A stretch of 64,000 nt of DNA from Vulcanimicrobiota bacterium (GCA_963805945.1 CAWDVP010000002.1:544001-608000); one strand, 5' to 3'; counted from the stretch's first letter, positions 21,323-31,613 are shown. Numbers and translations: made by a program. Notes: generated by a model not told the origin, from the sequence alone.

Positions 21323-22141
21323 ATGGCCAATCCGGGCCAGAATGTCGAAGAGCCGCCCCGCCGGGAGCGGGCAGGAGTCCAGTCCGTCGAGCGGACGCTG
21401 GACATCCTCGAGTCGCTCGTCGACTTCGATTCCGAGGTCGGGCTCGTCGAGATCAGCCAGGCGGTCGTGCTGCCCCTGGCCACCGTCCACCGCCTGTTGG
21501 GGACGCTGATCCGCCGCGGCTACGTCAAGCAGAACCGTCAAAACCGCAAATATTCGCTCGGCTTCCGCGCCCTGCAGATGGGCAACGACATGCGCCAGCG
21601 CTTCAGCTTGCGGCTGGAAGCGCGGCCGTTCCTCCACCGTCTGATGATGAGCACCGGCGAAAGCGCCAATCTGGCGGTTTTAGATGACGGCGAAGTGGTA
21701 TATATAGACCAAGCCCAATCGTCGAAGATCCTACGCATGTTCACACAACTCGGAAATCGGATGCCGGCGCATTCGACCGGCAGCGGCAAGGTGATGTTGG
21801 CGTTCGCCGCGGCGGAAGCCGCCGAGGGCGTGCTGCGCCGCTACGGCATGCCGAGCCGGACGCCGCGCACGATCACCGATGCGGCGCGCTTCCGCGACGA
21901 GCTCTCGCGCATCCGCGTGCAGGGCTACGCGCTCGACGATGAAGAGCATGAAGTGGGCGTCCGCTGTCTGGCGGTGCCGGTGCGCGACGGATCGAGCCAG
22001 GTGGTGGCGAGTCTGAGCGTGTCCGGTCCGGTGACCCGGCTCGGCGACGATCAGATCCACAATTTCACCGCCGAAATCGTCGAGTGCGGCAAGCAGCTGT
22101 CGTCGCGGCTCGGCTTCGTCGACGCGGTCACCGCACACTAG
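21323..22141 (+). CDS. IclR family transcriptional regulator
   Basis: VQSVERTLDIL HTH, HSTGSGKVML, GYALDDEEHEVGVRCLAVP. Confidence 0.93.
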   Translation: MANPGQNVEEPPRRERAGVQSVERTLDILESLVDFDSEVGLVEISQAVVLPLATVHRLLGTLIRRGYVKQNRQNRKYSLGFRALQMGNDMRQRFSLRLEARPFLHRLMMSTGESANLAVLDDGEVVYIDQAQSSKILRMFTQLGNRMPAHSTGSGKVMLAFAAAEAAEGVLRRYGMPSRTPRTITDAARFRDELSRIRVQGYALDDEEHEVGVRCLAVPVRDGSSQVVASLSVSGPVTRLGDDQIHNFTAEIVECGKQLSSRLGFVDAVTAH

Positions 22142-22151
22142 GAGGTCCCTC

Positions 22152-23576
22152 ATTCCCGAAGATCCAGCACGTCTGTCGCACCTGCATGGCGCGCATGACA
22201 CCCCGCCCGACAGCATGGAAGCGCTGCTCGCCGGTGTGATCGAGCTATACGTCGGCGAGCCGATGGCCAAGCTGACCGTGCGGCACGTCGCGCGCGAGCT
22301 CAAGACCTCGCAGGCCGCCGCCGCCGAAGCGCTCGACACGCTCGCGCGCCTCGGCTTGCTGAGCGTGCAGCTCAGCGCCGACGGCAAGAACGCCTACCAG
22401 CTGCGGCCGGCCGACAGCTTCCTCGACGTGCTCGAACGGCTCACGCGCTATTGCGCGGAGCAGATCGAGTCGGTCGCGATCTCGCCCGAGCGCGCCTTGC
22501 TCACGAGCGGCGAGGTGGTGTCGGAGATCCCCGCGGTGCGCGCGCTGCGCGCGCGCGTCGCGAACCTGGAGACCTCCAACACCATGCTGCAGCGCAAGAA
22601 CCTCGAATTGGGTTTCTTGTACACCACGAGCGCGCTGCTCGCGAGCTCGATCGAGCCGATGACTCTGGCGCAGACCGTGCTCGACGCGGTCGGCTCTGCC
22701 GCGCGCCTCAAGGCGCACGAGTACTTCGTCGCGCTGGTGGATCAAGGGCTGCTGACCTTCCAAGGCGGCGTCAACATCGACAAACGCGCGGCGGAGGCGT
22801 TCCTCACCGGCCACGCGTCGCTCATCGACGCCTGCATCGAAAAAGGCACGCTGCTGTCGATGCCGCGCCAGTCACGCATCGACCGGGTGAAGCAGGCGCC
22901 GTTCACGGTGCTGCCGCTGGCGAGCGGTCCGGGCGCGCGCGGCCATGGCTGCATCGTCATCACGCGGATCGCCGAAGAAGGACTCGGCAGCGATGAGCTG
23001 CGCACCCTCATGCAACTCGCCGAGATGGCGGGCCGCAGCCTCGACAACGCCGCGATCTTCACGCAGAGCGTCGCCATCGGCGCGACCGACGAGCTCACCG
23101 GCGCGCACAGCCGGCGCTATCTGTTCCGTCGTCTCGGCGAGGAGATCACGCGTTCGAGGCAGAGCGGCGGCCCGCTGTCGGTGTTCATCTTCGATATCGA
23201 CCACTTCAAGATCGTCAACGACGAGTTCGGCCATCCCGAAGGCGATCGGCTGCTCAAGGTGATCGTCGCCGCCGCGATGGGCGCGGTGCGCGACATCGAC
23301 CTCGTGGCGCGCCTCGGCGGCGAAGAGTTCGCGGTCATCCTGCCCGGTACGCCGGCCAGCGAGGCGTTCGCGGTCGCCGAGCGCGTGCGCCGCGCGGTCG
23401 AACGCATCGCGCACGAGACCGAATCAGGCGCGGTGCTGCGGCCGCGCGTGTCGTGCGGCATCGCGTCGCTCGACGATACGACGCAGACACCGGCCTTGCT
23501 GCTGGCGGCTGCGGACTCGTGTCTGCTGGAGGCCAAGCGCACCGGCCGGAACCGCTCGATCATCGCCTCGCGCTAA
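22152..23576 (+). CDS. Diguanylate cyclase with N-terminal wHTH-like, coiled-coil and GAF-like regions; probable AUU start (alternative ATG 22215)
   Basis: DIDHFKIVNDEFGH, RLGGEEF; SD AGGAGGT 5 nt before an in-frame ATT. Confidence 0.82.
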   Translation: MPEDPARLSHLHGAHDTPPDSMEALLAGVIELYVGEPMAKLTVRHVARELKTSQAAAAEALDTLARLGLLSVQLSADGKNAYQLRPADSFLDVLERLTRYCAEQIESVAISPERALLTSGEVVSEIPAVRALRARVANLETSNTMLQRKNLELGFLYTTSALLASSIEPMTLAQTVLDAVGSAARLKAHEYFVALVDQGLLTFQGGVNIDKRAAEAFLTGHASLIDACIEKGTLLSMPRQSRIDRVKQAPFTVLPLASGPGARGHGCIVITRIAEEGLGSDELRTLMQLAEMAGRSLDNAAIFTQSVAIGATDELTGAHSRRYLFRRLGEEITRSRQSGGPLSVFIFDIDHFKIVNDEFGHPEGDRLLKVIVAAAMGAVRDIDLVARLGGEEFAVILPGTPASEAFAVAERVRRAVERIAHETESGAVLRPRVSCGIASLDDTTQTPALLLAAADSCLLEAKRTGRNRSIIASR

Positions 23577-23577
23577 A

Positions 23578-24057
23578 ATGGCGGCGACCGTGCGGCACGC
23601 CACGCGCGCCGACCGCGAGTTCGTCGATCGCTTGGGGCGCGACAGCGCGCCGTCGAGCCTTTCTCCGCTTCGTCCGGCATCCGCGCAGGCAGCCGCCGAA
23701 GCCTTCCATCGCGCGGTCACCATGTGCGCCGATCGCCCCGATGCGCTCACTCTCATCGCGGAGCTCGACGGCGAAGCGGCCGGTTTCCTCATGCTGCTCT
23801 TCGACCTGCCCGATGACGTGACGCTGCAGCGCCAGGCCTTCGTCGTGTACATGGCGGTGCGTCCGGCGAACCGCAAGCGCGGCCTCGGTCGCGCGCTCCT
23901 GGCGGCTGCGGTCGAAGAGGCGAGGAAGCGCGGCGTGGCGCACATTAGTCTGATGGTCACGGAAGCCAATGCGCCCGCCCGCGCGCTATACGCGCAGGCA
24001 GGGTTCGTGGACGAGCGCGTGCAGATGACGAAGAAGATCCCGGACACGCCGCGATGA
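23578..24057 (+). CDS. GNAT acetyltransferase
   Basis: AVRPANRKRGLGRALL, NAPARALYAQAGF. Confidence 0.88.
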   Translation: MAATVRHATRADREFVDRLGRDSAPSSLSPLRPASAQAAAEAFHRAVTMCADRPDALTLIAELDGEAAGFLMLLFDLPDDVTLQRQAFVVYMAVRPANRKRGLGRALLAAAVEEARKRGVAHISLMVTEANAPARALYAQAGFVDERVQMTKKIPDTPR

Positions 24058-25154
24058 TGAACGCACCCGCGAGCAGCGCCATAAACTGGCGCTTCGCCGT
24101 GCGCGTCGTGCTCATCGCCGCCGCGATCGTCGGCACGCTCTATCTCATGACGCTCATCCCCAAGACGATGGCGGTGTTCATCATCGCGATCCTCCTCGCA
24201 TACGGCTTGGCGCCGATCGTGCGGATGCTCGGCAAGCGCATGCCGCGCGCCGTCGCCATCGCGGTCGTGTACGTGGGGCTCATCCTCGTCGCCGCGGTGC
24301 TCATCCTCGTCATCATGCCGGCGGTGCTCGAGCAGACGCAGCGCATCCTCGACAATTCGCCGGCGTACGTCGATGCCTTTAAGACCTTCGCCGATAATGC
24401 TCAGCTGTGGCTGAAGGCGCACTTCGGCAAGCTCATCGCGGCCAACCAGGTCGCGCAGATGGAGAACGCGAGTGTGACGCGGATCTCCGGCGCCGCCACC
24501 GCGATGATCGGCGCGGCGGGCAGCATCGCCGTCGAGGTCGCCAACGCGGTGTTCATCCTCGTGTTCGGCGTCATGATGTCGTACTTCTTGCTCGCGAGCG
24601 CCGACGCCATCCGCACCTCGTTCTACAGCCTGTTCCCCGATCGGCTGCAGCAGCAGGCGCGCTTTTTCGCCGCGGAGACCGGCCGCGTCGTCGGCGGTTT
24701 CATCGTCGGCCAGGTCACCTTGTGTTCGATGACGTTCGTGATGACGCTCGTCGGCCTGCTCGCCATCCGCGCGCCGTTCGCGCTGCTCATCGCGGTGCTG
24801 TCCGGCGTCATGTACGCGATCCCGTACTTCGGGGTCGTCATCGCGACCGTCGTGGGGTTCTTGCTCGGCAGCCTCGTGTCGTGGCCAGTCGGCGTGGGCG
24901 TCGCGATCGTGATCATGATCGCGAGCAAGCTCGCGGATTTCCTCGTGCCCAAGGTCATGGGCGACAGCGTCGGGGTGTCGCCGCTCGCGATCCTGTTCGC
25001 GGTGCTCGCCGGCGGCGAGCTGTTCGGGCTGTGGGGTTTGATCCTCGCGATACCGGCGGCCGCGCTGTTCAAAGTGGTGTGGACGCTGTGGCTCCATCCG
25101 TGGCTGACAGGCAGGCCGATGCTCGAGCCCGCGAAGACCGACGCCGCCGCGTAA
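24054..25154 (+). CDS. AI-2E (PerM) family transporter
   Basis: Multi-TM; IPYFG, PKVMGDSVGVSP, GGELFGLWGLILAIP. Confidence 0.9.
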   Translation: MMNAPASSAINWRFAVRVVLIAAAIVGTLYLMTLIPKTMAVFIIAILLAYGLAPIVRMLGKRMPRAVAIAVVYVGLILVAAVLILVIMPAVLEQTQRILDNSPAYVDAFKTFADNAQLWLKAHFGKLIAANQVAQMENASVTRISGAATAMIGAAGSIAVEVANAVFILVFGVMMSYFLLASADAIRTSFYSLFPDRLQQQARFFAAETGRVVGGFIVGQVTLCSMTFVMTLVGLLAIRAPFALLIAVLSGVMYAIPYFGVVIATVVGFLLGSLVSWPVGVGVAIVIMIASKLADFLVPKVMGDSVGVSPLAILFAVLAGGELFGLWGLILAIPAAALFKVVWTLWLHPWLTGRPMLEPAKTDAAA

Positions 25155-25171
25155 ACCGGCCGGACCTCCGG

Positions 25172-26869
25172 CTACATCACGTCGGGAGCGGAAACGCCCA
25201 GCAGTCCGAGCGCTGAGGCCAACACCGTCTTGCTCGCCAGGCATAGCGACAGGCGCGCGCTCGTGAGCGCTTCGTCGTCGCTCAACACCACGCACTCGGT
25301 GTAGAAGCTGTGGAAATCGGTCGCGAGATCGCGCGCGTATTCGGCGAGGCGATGCGGTGCGCGCGCTTTGGCGGCGTCGGCCACGGTGCGTTCGAAATCC
25401 GCGAGCCGCCGCACGAGCGCGATCTCGCCGGGGTGGCCGACCAGCGCGAGATCGGCGCCTTGCCGCGCGCGCTCTAGCAGCGGTCCCCTCCCTGATTCCT
25501 GCGCGCGGCGCAGGATCGACGCGATGCGCGCGTGCCCGTACTGGACGTAGTAGACCGGATTTGCCGACGATTGCTCCACCGCCAGCGCGAGGTCGAACAC
25601 GAGCTGCGACTCCGGCGCGCGGTTGATGAAGAAGAAACGCGCGGCGTCCTTGCCGACCTCGTCGACCACCTCGCGCAAGGTGACGATCGCGCCGGCGCGC
25701 TTGCTCATCGCCACGCTCTCGTCGCCGCGCTTGAGGGCCACCTGTTGCGCGATGAGCACCTCGAGCGCGCCGGGATGGCCGAGCGCCGCGGCGATCGCCT
25801 TGATGCGCGCGATGTAGCCGTGGTGATCCGGCCCGAGGACGTCGATGAGATGGCGGTTGCCGCGTTCGAACTTGTCACGGTGGTACGCCGCGTCCGGCGC
25901 GATGTAGGTCGGCCGGCCGTCGCTGCGGCGCAGCACGCGATCCTTGTCGTCGCCGAACTCGGTGGAGCGCAGCCACACGGCGCCGTCCTGCTCGTAGGCG
26001 ACGCCGCGCGAGACCAGCCAGCTCACGACCTCATCGACCTTGCCGCCGTCGTGGAGGGTCGACTCGAAGAACCAGCGGTCGAAGACGACGCCGAAGCGCT
26101 CGAGATCCTCGCGCTGCTGCGCGACGATGGTGTCGCGGCCGAACGTCGCGAGCGCTTTTCGGCGCTCGTCAGGGTCGGCGCGCAGCCACCGGTCGCCGTC
26201 GCGTTTCTTGAGCAGTTCGGCGACGTCGATGAGATCGTCGCCCCGATAGCCGTCTTTCGGGATCTCCGCCTGCTCGCCGAACAACTCGGCGTAGCGCGCG
26301 AAGATCGAATCGGCGAGCAGGTCCATCTGGGCGCCGGCGTCGTTGACATACGTCTCGGTGTTGACCGTCGCGCCGGCGAACCGCAGCATCGCCGCGAGCG
26401 TCGCGCCGAGCGAGCTCGAGCGGCCCTGGACGACGTTGAGCGGGCCGGTCGGATTGGCCGACACGAACTCGAGCAAGACCGGTCCGTACGACGCGAGCGC
26501 GTCCGAGCGGCCGAACGCATCGCCTGTTTCGAGCGCCTCGCGCACGACGTCGGCCCAGAACGCCGGGGCCATGCGCAGATTGATGAAACCAGGCGGCTTG
26601 ACTTCGAGCGACGCGACGCCGGTCATCCGTGCGACGCCGTCAGCGGCGACGGCGCGCGCGACGTCGAGCGGGTTGCGGTTCCACAGCTTGCCTGCTGCGA
26701 GCGCGGCTGCCGTCGCGAAATCGCCATGCGCAGGGTCGCGAGTCGGCCCGAGGGCGACGGGCGGCGCGGTCTTCGGGTCGGCGCCGAACTCCCCGGCCGC
26801 CGACACGAAGCGTGCCTGCAGCTCGGTCTCGAACGCGGCAAGCGACTGCGCATAACGCGTCGTCTTCAT
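25172..26869 (-). CDS. argS: Arginine--tRNA ligase
   Basis: HGDFAT, EFVSANPTGPL, GPDHHGY, MSKRAG, NPVYYVQYGHARI. Confidence 0.97.
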   Translation of the reverse strand: MKTTRYAQSLAAFETELQARFVSAAGEFGADPKTAPPVALGPTRDPAHGDFATAAALAAGKLWNRNPLDVARAVAADGVARMTGVASLEVKPPGFINLRMAPAFWADVVREALETGDAFGRSDALASYGPVLLEFVSANPTGPLNVVQGRSSSLGATLAAMLRFAGATVNTETYVNDAGAQMDLLADSIFARYAELFGEQAEIPKDGYRGDDLIDVAELLKKRDGDRWLRADPDERRKALATFGRDTIVAQQREDLERFGVVFDRWFFESTLHDGGKVDEVVSWLVSRGVAYEQDGAVWLRSTEFGDDKDRVLRRSDGRPTYIAPDAAYHRDKFERGNRHLIDVLGPDHHGYIARIKAIAAALGHPGALEVLIAQQVALKRGDESVAMSKRAGAIVTLREVVDEVGKDAARFFFINRAPESQLVFDLALAVEQSSANPVYYVQYGHARIASILRRAQESGRGPLLERARQGADLALVGHPGEIALVRRLADFERTVADAAKARAPHRLAEYARDLATDFHSFYTECVVLSDDEALTSARLSLCLASKTVLASALGLLGVSAPDVM

Positions 26870-26920
26870 GACGGGTGCTTAGGAAGATGCGCGGAGCCGA
26901 CCTTCGCCCGCTCGCGGCCG

Positions 26921-26950
26921 ATGTAGGGGCCGACCTTCAGGTCGGCCCTA
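26921..26950 (+). repeat. GTAG-type REP palindrome, family 1
   Basis: ATGTAG-GGGCCGACC-TTCA-GGTCGGCCC; overlaps the rlmH stop codon. Confidence 0.85.
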
Positions 26951-27388
26951 GCGATGATACGGCTCGCCACGCGCGATCTTCACCGCGCGATAGAGCTGCT
27001 CGAGCGCGATCAATCGGGCCATCTCGTGCAAGAAGGTGAGCGGCGACAGCGACCAGCGGAAATCGGCGCGGGCGGTGCAATCGGCGTGCAAGCCGTCGGC
27101 CCCGCCGATGAGCAGGCTCAGGCGCCGCGCGCCGGTCCGCCCGACCTGATCGAGCCGCGCGGAGAGCTCCGGCGACGAGAGCATCTGGCCTTCCCGGTCG
27201 AGCGCCCACACGATGTCGTCGCCGCCGATGCGCGCCAACATCGCCTTGCCCTCCGCCTCCATGCCGCCGGGCTTGACTTCGATGATCGACACGGGCAGAT
27301 ATGGTTCGAGACGCCGCATGTAGCGGTGGCAGCCTTCGCGCAGATACGGCTCGCGCAGCTTGTCGACCGCGAGGATGGCAAGCTTCAT
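26948..27388 (-). CDS. rlmH: 23S rRNA (pseudouridine1915-N3)-methyltransferase
   Basis: ALDREG, IGGADG, SLSPLTFLHEMARL, EQLYRA, EPYHR. Confidence 0.95.
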   Translation of the reverse strand: MKLAILAVDKLREPYLREGCHRYMRRLEPYLPVSIIEVKPGGMEAEGKAMLARIGGDDIVWALDREGQMLSSPELSARLDQVGRTGARRLSLLIGGADGLHADCTARADFRWSLSPLTFLHEMARLIALEQLYRAVKIARGEPYHR

Positions 27389-28503
27389 GCGTCCGCATTC
27401 GCCGCCTGTCGGGTGCGTACCGCCGCATAGAGCCCGCCGGCCTTGCGCTCGACGCTGCCCTCGAGTTCGAGCACCATGAGACGCGCGGCGATCTCCGCAG
27501 CGCCCGCGCCGCACGCAGTGGCGAGCTCGTCGACGCTGCAGCCGCCGGCACGCAGCAGCGGCAGCAGCGCATCTTCGGCCGGTGGCGCGCCATTGTCCAA
27601 GGGCAAGCGCAGCGTGGTCTCCCAGCCCATCAACGATGCCACATCTGCTGCGGACGTCACGAGCGGCACGCCGTCGGCGATGAGCGCGTTCGTGCCGGCG
27701 CTCGTCGGCCGGCCGACATCGCCCGGAATGGCGAAGACACGTCGGCCCAGCTCGTCGGCGAGGCGGGCGGTGATGAGCGCACCGCTGCGCGAGCCGGCTT
27801 CGACCACGATCGCCGCCTGCGACAGCGCGGCCACCACGCGATTGCGCATCGGGAAATGAAATGCACGCGCCTTCTCATGCGGCGGGAACTCGGAGAGGAC
27901 CGCGCCGCCGCGCTCGACGATCTCGTCGGCGAGCAATCCGTGGTAGTCGGGATAGAGCGCACGCACGCCCGAGCCGATCACCGCGGCGGTCGGCGTGCCC
28001 GCGTCGAGCGCGCCCTTGTGCGCGGCGGCGTCGATGCCGCGGGCCAGTCCGGAGATGACCGTCGCGGAGAACGCCGAGAATTCAGCGGCCATGCCGGTCG
28101 CCACGGCGCGTCCGTACGCGCTCGCCGCGCGGCTGCCCACGATCGCGACGCAGCGGCGCGCAAGGCATGCGAGGTCACCGCGCACGTAGAGCACGAGCGG
28201 CGCGTCGCACAGGTCGTGCAGCGCCGCCGGATACGCCGCATCGTCGTGCAGCACGACGCGCGCACCCGAAGCATGCGCCGCGGCCAGCGCCGCACGTGCG
28301 GCGTCATCGTCGACGAGCGCGAGTCGCGCGAGAATGCCGTCGGAGAGGCGCTCTACGCCAGGCGGCGGCGCCGCATCACTGTGGGCGAACTCCGCGACTG
28401 CGCGGGCAGAGCCGAGCGCTCGCACGTGCGACGCGAGGGCGCGCGGGGACCACACGCCAGCCGCTGCGACCGCCAGCGCATAGCCGATGTCAAGATCGTC
28501 CAT
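27385..28503 (-). CDS. dprA: DNA-processing protein DprA
   Basis: VAIVGSR, ISGLARGIDAAAH, FPMRNRVVAALS, VEAGSRSGALITA. Confidence 0.95.
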   Translation of the reverse strand: MDDLDIGYALAVAAAGVWSPRALASHVRALGSARAVAEFAHSDAAPPPGVERLSDGILARLALVDDDAARAALAAAHASGARVVLHDDAAYPAALHDLCDAPLVLYVRGDLACLARRCVAIVGSRAASAYGRAVATGMAAEFSAFSATVISGLARGIDAAAHKGALDAGTPTAAVIGSGVRALYPDYHGLLADEIVERGGAVLSEFPPHEKARAFHFPMRNRVVAALSQAAIVVEAGSRSGALITARLADELGRRVFAIPGDVGRPTSAGTNALIADGVPLVTSAADVASLMGWETTLRLPLDNGAPPAEDALLPLLRAGGCSVDELATACGAGAAEIAARLMVLELEGSVERKAGGLYAAVRTRQAANADA

Positions 28504-28555
28504 GCGGGTGCATCACGCGCCGGCGCCTCGGCGTCCAGGGTGCGCCGCAGCGGGG

Positions 28556-30190
28556 CTACGTCGGCTGCAAGTGCTGGTGCACGAAGGCGATCGCGATGCT
28601 GCCCTCGCCGACGCCGGAAGCGACGCGTTTCACCGAACCTGCTCGGATGTCGCCGACCGCGAAGATGCCGGGCACCGCGGTCTCGACCAAGAAGGGATCG
28701 CGTTCTCCCTTCCACCGGCCCCCGCGTACGAGGTCGGTGCCGGTGAGGATATAGCCGCGCGCGTCGCGCGCGATCGCGTCGGGCAACCACGCGGTGTCGG
28801 TGTCGGCGCCGATGAACGCGAAGAGCGCCGGCGTCTCTCGACGCGACGTGACGCCGGTCTCGTCATTGCGGACGTCGATCGCCTCGAGATGATCCGAGCC
28901 GTGCACGGCGGTGACCTCGGAGCGCAGTTCCACGGCGATATTGAGCTTCGTCTTGAGCTTCTCGATGAGATAATGCGACATGCTCTTGGCCAGCGAATCG
29001 CCGCGCACGAGCAACGTCACCGACTTCGCGTAATCCGCGAAGAACACCGCGGCCTGGCCGGCCGAGTTGCCCGCGCCGACGAGATAGACGTCCTGGCCCT
29101 GGGTCGAGCTGGCTTCGCTGCGCGACGCGCCGTAGTAGATCCCGCGGCCGGTGAGGCGATCGCATGACTCCACGTCGAGCCGCCGATAGGTCACCCCGAG
29201 CGCGAGAACGATCGTGCGAGGCGTGACGATGTCACCGCCGTCAAGCGTGACGCACAGCGGATCGACGTGGATCGCCTGGACGGATCGCGTCACCACGATC
29301 TCCGCGCCGAAGCGCCGCGCCTGCTGCAGCGCGCGACTTGCGAGCTCATCGCCGGAGACGCCGATCGGAAAGCCGAGGTAGTTCTCGATACGCGACGATT
29401 GACCGGCTTGGCCGCCGGGCGCGTCGCGCTCGACGAGCAGCGTCTGTAGGCCCTCGGACGCGCCATACACCGCGGCCGCCAAGCCGGTCGGCCCGCCGCC
29501 GATGACCAACACGTCGTACTCCGTCTGCTTCGGCGCGATCGATAGGCCGGCCGCCGTGGCGATCTCTTTCAGAGACGGCGCGACGAGCATACTGCCATCC
29601 TGCAGCCGCACGATGGGGTACCGATCGGTCTGCGGAAGATCCGTGGGGCAGACGGGATCGTCGGGCGTGAACCACGCGAACGACACTTGATTGCGGTTGA
29701 GGAAGTCGCGCACGTCGTGCGATGCCGGATCCCAGCGCGGCCCGATGACCACGAGTTCGGGCGCCGGTGGCTCCGCCGCGATCTCGTGCAGCCCCTCGAT
29801 GCGATCGAACGCCGAGGAGCCGACCGCGGCGGAGATCCGGGGGTCCACGGCCGCCAGCGCGTGGAACTCGCTCGGTTCGAGGCGGATGGCGCGTGACTTC
29901 TCCGTCGCGCGAAGGCTACCGACGAACGGCACGTTCAACATCATCGGCACCTCGCCGAACATCTCGCCCGGCCCGCGCACGCCCACCACCCGTTCGATGC
30001 CGTCGACCACCTTCGTCACTTCAAGGCGGCCCTCGACCGTGAAGAACAACGCGCGAGCTTCGCCCTCATGCGCCACGTACTCGCCCGCTTGCACATGGAT
30101 ATCGGGCACGACACCCACGAGATGCTCGAGCTCACGCTCCTCGAGTTCGGAGAAGAGCGGGATTGCCCTCAGTTCATCGATGGTGAGCAT
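28556..30190 (-). CDS. cNMP-binding domain fused to a thioredoxin-reductase-like FAD oxidoreductase
   Basis: N-terminal Crp-type domain (FGEV); GGGPTG, SSRIENYLGFP, GAGNSAGQAA, GDIRAGSVKRVASGVGEG. Confidence 0.9.
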   Translation of the reverse strand: MLTIDELRAIPLFSELEERELEHLVGVVPDIHVQAGEYVAHEGEARALFFTVEGRLEVTKVVDGIERVVGVRGPGEMFGEVPMMLNVPFVGSLRATEKSRAIRLEPSEFHALAAVDPRISAAVGSSAFDRIEGLHEIAAEPPAPELVVIGPRWDPASHDVRDFLNRNQVSFAWFTPDDPVCPTDLPQTDRYPIVRLQDGSMLVAPSLKEIATAAGLSIAPKQTEYDVLVIGGGPTGLAAAVYGASEGLQTLLVERDAPGGQAGQSSRIENYLGFPIGVSGDELASRALQQARRFGAEIVVTRSVQAIHVDPLCVTLDGGDIVTPRTIVLALGVTYRRLDVESCDRLTGRGIYYGASRSEASSTQGQDVYLVGAGNSAGQAAVFFADYAKSVTLLVRGDSLAKSMSHYLIEKLKTKLNIAVELRSEVTAVHGSDHLEAIDVRNDETGVTSRRETPALFAFIGADTDTAWLPDAIARDARGYILTGTDLVRGGRWKGERDPFLVETAVPGIFAVGDIRAGSVKRVASGVGEGSIAIAFVHQHLQPT

Positions 30191-30204
30191 TTCGCTGTCG
30201 CCTT

Positions 30205-30909
30205 CTAGAGCAGTTCGATTATTTCCGCGAGCGAGACGACGCGCGGCGCGCGGTCGAACTCCGGATGCGCCGCCTCGCGATCGAGCAGCGCCGCGCGCAT
30301 GCCAGCCGCCAGCGCGCCCTCGACATCGTGGCCGGGAGAATCGCCGACGTGCAGTGCGGCATCGGCCGGCACGCCGGCGCGGCGCAACGCCTCGGCGAAG
30401 ATCTCCGGATGCGGCTTCTCATAGCCGAGGTGCGCGGAGTCGAGGATGAAGTCGAACGAGCCGTGCAGGTCGACCCCATGCAGAACCTGCTCGAGATCGC
30501 CGGTCCAATTCGAGATGACGCCGAGCGCGATGCCCCGGCGCCGCAGGCTTTCGAGCAAAGGCCGGACCTCGTCGTAGACGCGCCAGCCAAGGCGCTCGTT
30601 GAAGCGCCGATAGACCGCTTCGGCGCGTGCCGCATCGCCCGGATCGACCGCGCAGACCGACAACAACACGACATGATACTCGGTCCAGAAACGATCCACT
30701 GCGGCCATGGAAAACGCCTGTTTTTCGGCCGCCGGCGTCTGCGGTGCGAGCATCGCGGAGGCGCGTTTGATGCCTTCGGCGAGCTTCGAGCGGTCGATCG
30801 CGACGCCCAAATCGGCGCAAGATGCCAAAAAGTTGGTCTTTTGGTCGGGTTCCATGCAAAGGAGCGTGTAGCCCGCGTCGAAAAAGACTGCCCGTGTGGT
30901 TCTTTCCAT
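30205..30909 (-). CDS. HAD family hydrolase (IA)
   Basis: FFDAGYTL, ISNW, EKPHPEIF, HVGDS...DVEGA. Confidence 0.9.
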   Translation of the reverse strand: MERTTRAVFFDAGYTLLCMEPDQKTNFLASCADLGVAIDRSKLAEGIKRASAMLAPQTPAAEKQAFSMAAVDRFWTEYHVVLLSVCAVDPGDAARAEAVYRRFNERLGWRVYDEVRPLLESLRRRGIALGVISNWTGDLEQVLHGVDLHGSFDFILDSAHLGYEKPHPEIFAEALRRAGVPADAALHVGDSPGHDVEGALAAGMRAALLDREAAHPEFDRAPRVVSLAEIIELL

Positions 30910-30985
30910 GCTGGAGGGGCCTTCGAACTCTAGCAGGGCGGTCCTGTGCATCGCGCGGGATCGCCGTCTCCAAGGAGTAAGACAG

Positions 30986-31132
30986 ATGCCCGAAGCGTAT
31001 TGCGTGAAATGCAAAGCCAAGCGAGAGATCAAGAACCCGGCGCAGATCACGATGAAGAACGGCCGCCCCGCGGTGCAGGGCGAGTGCCCGATCTGCGGCA
31101 CGAAGCTGTTCAAAATCGGAGCGTCCAGCTAG
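30986..31132 (+). CDS. DUF5679-type zinc-ribbon small protein
   Basis: AYCVKCK...KNGR...GECPICGTKLFKI; SD AAGGAG. Confidence 0.85.
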   Translation: MPEAYCVKCKAKREIKNPAQITMKNGRPAVQGECPICGTKLFKIGASS

Positions 31133-31160
31133 TCACAATCCGGGCGGGCTGGACCAGACC

Positions 31161-31613
31161 GTGAACTGTCCGGCATGCCGTAGCGGCGACACTCGGGTCG
31201 TCGACAGCCGCGACGACGAGAACGCCGTCCGCCGCCGGCGCGAATGTCAATCGTGCCGGCACCGTTTCACCACCTACGAGCGCATCGAAGCCGCTCGGCT
31301 ATTCATCGTCAAAAAAGATGGTCGCCGCGAGCCGTACAACCGCGATAAAGTGCTCGCCGGTCTGCGGCGCGCGTGCGAGAAACGGCCGATCTCCGAGACG
31401 GCGATGCAAGAGGTCGCGGATTCCGTCGAACGCGAGCTCTACGCGCGCGGCGAGAGCGAAGTGCAGTCGGGCGCGGTCGGCGAGCTGGTCATGAGCGCGC
31501 TCAAGAAACTGGACAAAGTGGCGTACATCCGCTTCGCCTCAGTCTACCGGTCGTTCACCGACCTGAACTCGTTCCAGGAAGAACTCTCCCAGCTCTTGCC
31601 CAAGAGCGACTGA
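31161..31613 (+). CDS. nrdR: Transcriptional repressor NrdR
   Basis: CPAC, VVDSR, RRRREC, RFTTYE, ATP cone, VAYIRFASVY. Confidence 0.97.
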   Translation: MNCPACRSGDTRVVDSRDDENAVRRRRECQSCRHRFTTYERIEAARLFIVKKDGRREPYNRDKVLAGLRRACEKRPISETAMQEVADSVERELYARGESEVQSGAVGELVMSALKKLDKVAYIRFASVYRSFTDLNSFQEELSQLLPKSD

